Below the pieces are notes generated by a model, which was not told the DNA's origin, did no database searches, and saw nothing but the letters and a program-made list of their open reading frames with translations. Position numbers and translations under genes: made by a program. Shown here one piece after another: positions 57,956-64,000 of a stretch of 64,000 nucleotides of DNA (positions are counted from its first letter, which is position 1; the number at the start of each line of letters is the position of its first letter). The stretch covers positions 160,001 to 224,000 of the IMG/VR virus record IMGVR_UViG_3300012347_000377; one strand, written 5' to 3'. The stretch is from a virus. Lineage: Duplodnaviria > Heunggongvirae > Uroviricota > Caudoviricetes.

Positions 57956-58813
57956 ATGGCAAGAGTAAGTTATTCTCAATATGGTATGTGGTCTTCATGT
58001 CCTCAACAATTCAAACTAAACTATATTGATAAGTTAGGAGAAAGTTCGGCTAATATTCATACAATCTTTGGTTCTGCAATGCACGAAACCGTCCAACACT
58101 TTTTGAGTGTAATGTATGGTGTATCTAAAAAACAGGCATTAACATTGGATTTGGAAACAATGTTAAAGGACAAGTTAGTAGAACACTTTACTACTGAAAA
58201 AGCAAAGATGAGTGACGGAACTCCTTGTACTAAAGAAGAGTTAGAAGAATTTTTCGGTGATGGTAGACATATATTACATTACTTTAAAACTAAATTAGAT
58301 AAACTATATACAAAAAGTGGATTTGAATTAGTTGCAATTGAAATGGCTTTAAATGCTGAAGTAAAACCCGGTGTTCATTTTATTGGATTCATTGATATTG
58401 TCTTAAAAGATATGTCCTCCGGTGAAATTATTATCATCGATTTAAAAACATCCACATCCGGTTGGTCAAAGTATCAGAAAAACGATAAGGTAAAAACATC
58501 TCAAATGTTGTTATACAAAAAGTTTTATTCTGAAAAGTATAATGTTCCATTAGATAAAATCAAAGTAGAATATCAAATTCTTAAAAGAAAGATTTCAGAA
58601 AACTTTGAATATCCAATCCCACGTATTTCTAAATTTATTCCACCACATGGAAAACCATCAGTAAATAATGCTTGGAAAGGATTTATGGAGTTTGTAGATA
58701 CTGTCTATGATGATGGGGGATTAATTCGAACCGATGATTTTCCTACAAATAAAGGAAAAGCATGTGATTGGTGTGAATTTAAGGCTAGAAAACTTTGTCC
58801 ACTTTGGAAATAA
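57956..58813 (+). CDS. RecB/AddB/Cas4-like PD-(D/E)xK exonuclease
   Basis: SYS.....CP, G...H, GFID, IDLKT, Q...Y, CDWC.......C (four Cys). Confidence 0.88.
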   Translation: MARVSYSQYGMWSSCPQQFKLNYIDKLGESSANIHTIFGSAMHETVQHFLSVMYGVSKKQALTLDLETMLKDKLVEHFTTEKAKMSDGTPCTKEELEEFFGDGRHILHYFKTKLDKLYTKSGFELVAIEMALNAEVKPGVHFIGFIDIVLKDMSSGEIIIIDLKTSTSGWSKYQKNDKVKTSQMLLYKKFYSEKYNVPLDKIKVEYQILKRKISENFEYPIPRISKFIPPHGKPSVNNAWKGFMEFVDTVYDDGGLIRTDDFPTNKGKACDWCEFKARKLCPLWK

Positions 58814-58871
58814 AATCTCTTTTTTATATTTTTATATATTTATATATATACAAACATACAATAGGAGAGTT

Positions 58872-59078
58872 ATGACAAACCCAAACACAAACACAAAATT
58901 AACAACGGTAAAAATCATTCACGATGTTTACTCAAAATTTAAGAAAATTTCATTTGATTCCAACATTACCCTACAAAAGTTGGTAAATCGTTCTTTGGAA
59001 AAATATACCGAAGATGAGAAGTTTAGAAATGAAATAAACAATTACACAGAATTACAAGAAAGTGGTTCACAATTTTAA
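58872..59078 (+). CDS. Small ribbon-helix-helix-like protein (start revised to ATG 58872)
   Basis: LTTVKI...YSKFK......TLQKLVNRSL; GGAG upstream. Confidence 0.6.
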   Translation: MTNPNTNTKLTTVKIIHDVYSKFKKISFDSNITLQKLVNRSLEKYTEDEKFRNEINNYTELQESGSQF

Positions 59079-59087
59079 TTAAACTAA

Positions 59088-60479
59088 ATGACAGAAGTAA
59101 GAAAGAAAAAAAAGATTCTTTTACTATCGGATGACCTACGAATGTCATCTGGTATTGCAACCGTATCCAAAGAATTAGTTTTTGGAACATTTGATAAGTA
59201 TGATTGGGTTCAATTAGGAGCAGCAATCAACCATCCTGATAAAGGGAAGGAAATTGATTTAGGTGAGGATGCACGAAAAGTAAGTGGGATTGAAGATGCA
59301 TCTCTTAAAATTATCCCGTGGAGTGGTTATGGTGATGCCAACATTCTACGTGAATTAATTATGAGACATCAACCCGATGCAATTCTCCATTTTACAGACC
59401 CACGTTATTGGCGATGGTTATATGAGATGGAAGCAGAATTAAGGCAAAACATTCCAATTTTCTTTTATCATATTTGGGATGATTTACCAGACCCAAAATA
59501 CAATAGAGATTATTACGAAAGTTGTGATTGGTTAGGATGTATTTCTAAACAAACATATGGTATTGTAAAAAGAGTTGGTGCAATAAAAACTCCAACAACT
59601 AAACCATTGGAAGATTGGCAAGTATCTTATGTTCCTCATGGTATCAATTCCGAAACATTCAAACCGGTAGAAGTTCCAACTGAATTTAAGAAAGAATTAT
59701 TCGGTGATAAAGAATACGATTTTGTTTTATTTTGGATGAACCGAAATATCAGACGTAAACAACCATCGGATGTAATTTGGGCATACAAACGATTCGTAGA
59801 TGGTTTACCTGAAGAAAAACGTGATAAGGTATGTTTATTAATGCATACACAACCCGTTGATGATAATGGAACTGATTTATATGCAGTTAAAGAAACCATC
59901 TGTCCAGATTATGATGTAATTTTTTCAACTAACAGAGTTAATCAAGACCAACTAAACTTAATTCATAATCTTGCAGATTGTACAATCAACATTGCAGGTA
60001 ATGAAGGATTTGGATTAGTCACTGCCGAATCGGTAATGGCAGGAACACCTATCATTGTAAATGTGACCGGTGGATTACAAGACCAATGTGGATTTAAATT
60101 GAATGGTAAAGAATTTACCGCAGATGATTATATCGAACATGGTTCATTACATGATTGGAGAAAATGGGCATCTAAACTTACATATGGTGAGTGGGTTAAA
60201 CCAGTATTCCCAAAAGTTCAAACATTAGTTGGTTCAGTTCCAACACCATATATTATCGATGATAAAGTTGATATTTACGAAGTTGCAGATGCAATGAGAT
60301 ATTGGTATGAGAAAACTCCAGAACAACGAAAAACTGCAGGTTTGAAGGGTAGAGAATGGATGTTGAATGAAGGTGGATTATCAAATATCAATATGTGTAA
60401 AACATTGGTAGATGGTATGGAAGGTGCATTTCAACATTGGAAACCAAAAGATAGATACAATTTATACAAAATAAGATAA
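59088..60479 (+). CDS. Glycosyltransferase family 4-like
   Basis: SGIATV, VPHGI, NRNIRRK, EGFGL...ES...GTPII. Confidence 0.88.
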   Translation: MTEVRKKKKILLLSDDLRMSSGIATVSKELVFGTFDKYDWVQLGAAINHPDKGKEIDLGEDARKVSGIEDASLKIIPWSGYGDANILRELIMRHQPDAILHFTDPRYWRWLYEMEAELRQNIPIFFYHIWDDLPDPKYNRDYYESCDWLGCISKQTYGIVKRVGAIKTPTTKPLEDWQVSYVPHGINSETFKPVEVPTEFKKELFGDKEYDFVLFWMNRNIRRKQPSDVIWAYKRFVDGLPEEKRDKVCLLMHTQPVDDNGTDLYAVKETICPDYDVIFSTNRVNQDQLNLIHNLADCTINIAGNEGFGLVTAESVMAGTPIIVNVTGGLQDQCGFKLNGKEFTADDYIEHGSLHDWRKWASKLTYGEWVKPVFPKVQTLVGSVPTPYIIDDKVDIYEVADAMRYWYEKTPEQRKTAGLKGREWMLNEGGLSNINMCKTLVDGMEGAFQHWKPKDRYNLYKIR

Positions 60480-60754
60480 TGAGCAAACCAATATTCATCA
60501 TTAGAATGCCAGGAACTTGGTCACCATCTCAAATTGATTCATCTCGTGAGGCTATTTACAAAAACAGAGAACTATGTGATGATTATCATGTGATGGTTCT
60601 TGCAGATAGGGAAGTTGAATCGACCGTATTTGAGATGTATAATGCACCAAACGAGCCTGATAAATTAGAAAATATTACAAAGTTAATTGAATTATCCATC
60701 CAAAGATGTTTAAGACAAGAAGAAGAACAAAGAAAAAAAGAAGAAAATGAGTAA
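60479..60754 (+). CDS. Hypothetical protein
   Basis: 91 aa, coupled between two glycosyltransferases. Confidence 0.65.
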   Translation: MSKPIFIIRMPGTWSPSQIDSSREAIYKNRELCDDYHVMVLADREVESTVFEMYNAPNEPDKLENITKLIELSIQRCLRQEEEQRKKEENE

Positions 60755-62009
60755 ACCATTATTGTTATTTCAGGCACCAGTTGCAACCCGTAGTGGTTAT
60801 GGTGATCATTCTAGAGATTTATTAAAATCTATATTTGCAATGGATAAGTTTGAGGTGAAAATTGTTCCTACACGTTGGGGAACTACACCACAAAATCAAA
60901 TAGACCCATCAACTGAATTTGGACAACAAATATTACAAAATATTGCAGTTACGTTGGATAGACAACCAGATGTATTTGTTCAAGTATCAGTAGCAAATGA
61001 ATTTAAAAAAGTTGGTAAGTATAATATTGGAGTAACTGCCGGTGTTGAAACTACCATTGCACCTAAAGAGTTTATTGATGGGTGTAATTTAATGGATTTA
61101 GTGTTAGTTCCATCTGAATTTACTAAACAAGTATTGGAAACAACTACTTTTACTGAAGTAAATAATCAAACAAAACAAAAAATTAGAGATATTAAAGTTT
61201 CAACTCCAATTGAAGTTGTATTTGAGGGTGTTGATTTGGATACATTTTTAAATCCAACAACGGATACGGATGTTTTAAGTGATATTAAAACAGATTTTAA
61301 TTATCTATATGTAGGACATTGGTTGACAGGTGATTTAGGACAAGATAGAAAAGATGTAGGTATGATGATTAAAACATTCTGCACTGTCTTCAAAAACGTT
61401 TCTAAGGATAAACAACCTGGTCTTATTTTAAAAACCTCTATGGCTGGATTTTCGGTAGGTGATAGAGAAATAGTTGCTGATAAAATTAAAAAATTAACTG
61501 AAGAATTTGGTAGTAAGTGTCCTCCAATTTATTTGTTATTTGGTGATTTATCTGAATCAAATATGAGTGATTTATACCACCACCCAAAAGTGAAGGCTAT
61601 GATTTCATTCACAAAAGGAGAAGGATATGGTAGACCACTTGCAGAATTTGCAACAACGGGTAAACCAGTATTAGTTTCAAATTGGAGTGGATTAGTTGAT
61701 TTCTTACCAAAGGATAATACAATCTATTTGGAAGGTCAATTAACACCGGTTCACACATCTGCACAAAATCAATTCTTATTGAAAGAATCAAAATGGTTTA
61801 CGGTTGATTATTCAAAAGCAGCACAATCGATTTTAGATTTACATAAAAATTATAACAAACATTTGAAAAAATCTGCTGGATTGAAAACTAATATTGTTAA
61901 TAATTTTTCATTAAGTAAGATGCATGAGGTTATGGAGAAAGTATTTAATAAATACGTTCAAATAAAACAAAAAATAGAACTTAAATTACCAGAAATTAAG
62001 AAATTATAA
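60747..62009 (+). CDS. Glycosyltransferase family 4-like
   Basis: SGYG.HSR, VPS, RK, GEGYGRPLAEF...GKPV. Confidence 0.88.
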   Translation: MSKPLLLFQAPVATRSGYGDHSRDLLKSIFAMDKFEVKIVPTRWGTTPQNQIDPSTEFGQQILQNIAVTLDRQPDVFVQVSVANEFKKVGKYNIGVTAGVETTIAPKEFIDGCNLMDLVLVPSEFTKQVLETTTFTEVNNQTKQKIRDIKVSTPIEVVFEGVDLDTFLNPTTDTDVLSDIKTDFNYLYVGHWLTGDLGQDRKDVGMMIKTFCTVFKNVSKDKQPGLILKTSMAGFSVGDREIVADKIKKLTEEFGSKCPPIYLLFGDLSESNMSDLYHHPKVKAMISFTKGEGYGRPLAEFATTGKPVLVSNWSGLVDFLPKDNTIYLEGQLTPVHTSAQNQFLLKESKWFTVDYSKAAQSILDLHKNYNKHLKKSAGLKTNIVNNFSLSKMHEVMEKVFNKYVQIKQKIELKLPEIKKL

Positions 62010-62010
62010 T

Positions 62011-62535
62011 ATGGCATATACAAGTCAATACAAACAATTTTTAAGACCCGAAGTTAGGGTAAGTAAAAATCAGATTTTACCGAGAAATATTTATAGAATT
62101 TCTACTTATGCAGGAGGTAATCCTGCTACTAAAGTTGGTGATCAATCACGTTATGTATTTGTTATTGGTAGAATCGATGGAAAGATACATTGTATTAAAT
62201 TAAATGATATTAAACCCATTGATTTTACTAATCTTGTAAACAGATTAAGAGATAAACGAATTCCAATAAAATCAGACCAAGCATTAGAAGAACTATTGAA
62301 ATTATTTTCAAAAGATGGAAAGCAATTGTTTGAAACTTATATAAAAAATAATCCAAAAGTATATTCATCTAAGATGTCAAATTATAGAACTTATATTTTA
62401 GATAATATTCAAAATGTATGGGAAATCAGATTTGAAGAAGGATTCTTACGAACCTTATTTAAAGAAGGTGGAACAACCACAACCCAAAGAAACGAAATTC
62501 AAACTGAAGTTGCGGAAAAAGGAGTAAATGAGTAA
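62011..62535 (+). CDS. Hypothetical protein
   Basis: 174-aa basic ORF within the operon. Confidence 0.65.
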   Translation: MAYTSQYKQFLRPEVRVSKNQILPRNIYRISTYAGGNPATKVGDQSRYVFVIGRIDGKIHCIKLNDIKPIDFTNLVNRLRDKRIPIKSDQALEELLKLFSKDGKQLFETYIKNNPKVYSSKMSNYRTYILDNIQNVWEIRFEEGFLRTLFKEGGTTTTQRNEIQTEVAEKGVNE

Positions 62536-63289
62536 TATATTAGCATTAGGATGTTCATTCACTTGGGGTGAATCATTACAATTCTTTTCAGGTTTAGATA
62601 GTGTGTTGTGGGAAAAAGATAGACCTCAGTTTCCAGATACACTTAAAACATTAGATGAAAACCAATTAGAGTTTATCTATCAAAACAGATGGCCAGCAGT
62701 ATTGGCTAATAAACTTAATGTTGAATATATAACTAAATCACGTAATGGTGGTTCTAATATGGAATCTCTAAATATTGCTACTGATTTTTATAATACCCCA
62801 TCTAATTTAGAAAATTATAAAATATGTGTATTTCAATTAACTGAATTTTCACGTGACCCTTTTATATTTAAATTACCATCGGGTGAAATTTTAAAAGAAA
62901 AAGATTATTCGGTAGTAGAATATCAAAGACAAGTTTTAGGATTAGATAATGATACTATTCTTAGAGATTCATATAATTATTTTTACGATAAATTATATGA
63001 TTTCAAAACTTACTTAGAAGAAAACGGAGTTAGTGTTTATATAATAGCATATCCACAACAATCAGTTGAAGTCTTAAAGGAACATAAATTATATTCAAAT
63101 TTCGTAACTCTAAAATACGATGGAAACGAATATAGTTCAACTGATGATTTGAGTTTAGCACATCCAATGTTAGTAATTGAAAATTACTTTGCAGATAGAA
63201 ACTTAAATAAAGGTGATAATCATTTAGTATTAGAAGGTCATCATATAATAGCAAATAGTATTTACAACGAAATTAAAAAAAATGATTAG
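62528..63289 (+). CDS. SGNH-like hydrolase
   Basis: GCSFTWG, GGSN, DNHL..EGH. Confidence 0.65.
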   Translation: MSNILALGCSFTWGESLQFFSGLDSVLWEKDRPQFPDTLKTLDENQLEFIYQNRWPAVLANKLNVEYITKSRNGGSNMESLNIATDFYNTPSNLENYKICVFQLTEFSRDPFIFKLPSGEILKEKDYSVVEYQRQVLGLDNDTILRDSYNYFYDKLYDFKTYLEENGVSVYIIAYPQQSVEVLKEHKLYSNFVTLKYDGNEYSSTDDLSLAHPMLVIENYFADRNLNKGDNHLVLEGHHIIANSIYNEIKKND

Positions 63290-63914
63290 TATAAGTTACG
63301 CAATAACGGTTTGTAATGAGTTAGAAGAAATAATTAAATTACTAAACTTTTTACAATTACACATAAGACCAGAAGATGAAATTGTAATTCAATATGATTC
63401 ATCATCTGCTACTCAAGAAGTAAAGGAATATTTGAATGTAATGGATATGATGCGAGATGATCATAAAGTGATTTCGTTTCCACTTAATAATGATTTTGCA
63501 ACATTCAAAAATAATTTAAAATCATATTGCACAAAGGATTACATATTTCAAATTGATGCAGATGAAATTCCACACGAAGCCTTAATTGAATATTTACCAC
63601 AAGTTTTAGAAACGAATCCCGTAGATGTAGTTTTTGTTCCTCGTATCAATACCGTTGAAGGATTAACTCAATCTCATATTCAAAAATGGGGTTGGAATGT
63701 AAATGATAAAGGATGGGTAAACTTTCCTGATTATCAATTAAGAATCTATAAAAGAACCGATGATGTAGTGTGGATGAATAAAGTCCACGAAACAATTACA
63801 GGTTATACCACATTTTCAAATTTCCCAATGGAAGAACATTGGTGTTTATACCATCCTAAAGAAATTCAAAGACAAGAAAAACAAAACGATTATTACGAAA
63901 CAATTCAAAGATGA
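63282..63914 (+). CDS. Glycosyltransferase family 2-like
   Basis: ISYAITVCNE, F...KN, IFQIDADE (DxD), PDYQ.R, VHE. Confidence 0.88.
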   Translation: MISISYAITVCNELEEIIKLLNFLQLHIRPEDEIVIQYDSSSATQEVKEYLNVMDMMRDDHKVISFPLNNDFATFKNNLKSYCTKDYIFQIDADEIPHEALIEYLPQVLETNPVDVVFVPRINTVEGLTQSHIQKWGWNVNDKGWVNFPDYQLRIYKRTDDVVWMNKVHETITGYTTFSNFPMEEHWCLYHPKEIQRQEKQNDYYETIQR

Positions 63915-64000
63915 GTAAAAATATAATCTTTATACCGGCATATAATGGATTTAATACTCAATTACCAGAATGTATTGAATCATGGAAATGGTATTGTAAA
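63911..64000 (+). CDS. 5' fragment of the next gene, possibly another glycosyltransferase
   Basis: MSKNIIFIPAYNGFNTQLPECIESWKWYCK, running off the window end. Confidence 0.5.
   Translation, partial: MSKNIIFIPAYNGFNTQLPECIESWKWYCK

Noticed and set aside
57956-58813. Cas4-like gene as part of a CRISPR system
   Set aside because: No repeat-spacer array or other cas genes; stand-alone RecB-family exonucleases are common in phages.

Overview
This AT-rich window (roughly 30% GC by eye) comes from a large contractile-tailed (myovirus-type) dsDNA phage. All credible genes are on the + strand, the genetic code is standard, and I saw no tRNA, rRNA, CRISPR array or integrase. The host is inferred to be a Bacteroidetes/Flavobacteria cell: 16 intergenic copies of TT(T/A)G-N20-TAnnTT(T/A)G match the Bacteroidetes -33/-7 sigma70 promoter, and the window also carries an Hc1-like peptide and a Q-rule signal peptide. 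Layout: (1) 1-18.2 kb is a tail module (fibres, a glycosyltransferase, a Hint-domain protein, sheath, tube, a chaperone with a candidate +1/-2 frameshift, tape measure, baseplate-like genes and a PhyH-family oxygenase), preceded by a second motif, ATANTTATA. (2) 18.2-30.8 kb holds small early genes, a degenerate PolA, a secreted NucA-type nuclease, DUF1599 and an SF2 helicase-like gene. (3) 31-59 kb is a T4-like replisome and nucleotide-metabolism block (SSB, RecA, 5'-3' exonuclease, DnaB, NrdAB, thioredoxin, PolB, clamp, clamp loader, GroEL/ES, GMP reductase/IMPDH, RecB-like nuclease) interleaved with candidate DNA-modification genes. (4) 59-64 kb is a glycosyltransferase/SGNH cluster. The best candidate for an undescribed system is a promoter-bracketed cassette of an atypical thymidylate-synthase-fold enzyme, an AsnB-like amidotransferase and a PLP fold-II enzyme directly upstream of polB. 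Three SPPY methyltransferases and an ABC-GNAT fusion lie nearby, and several of these proteins share an FF motif with the PolB C-terminus that may bind the sliding clamp. All product calls come from motif recognition; no database search was run.
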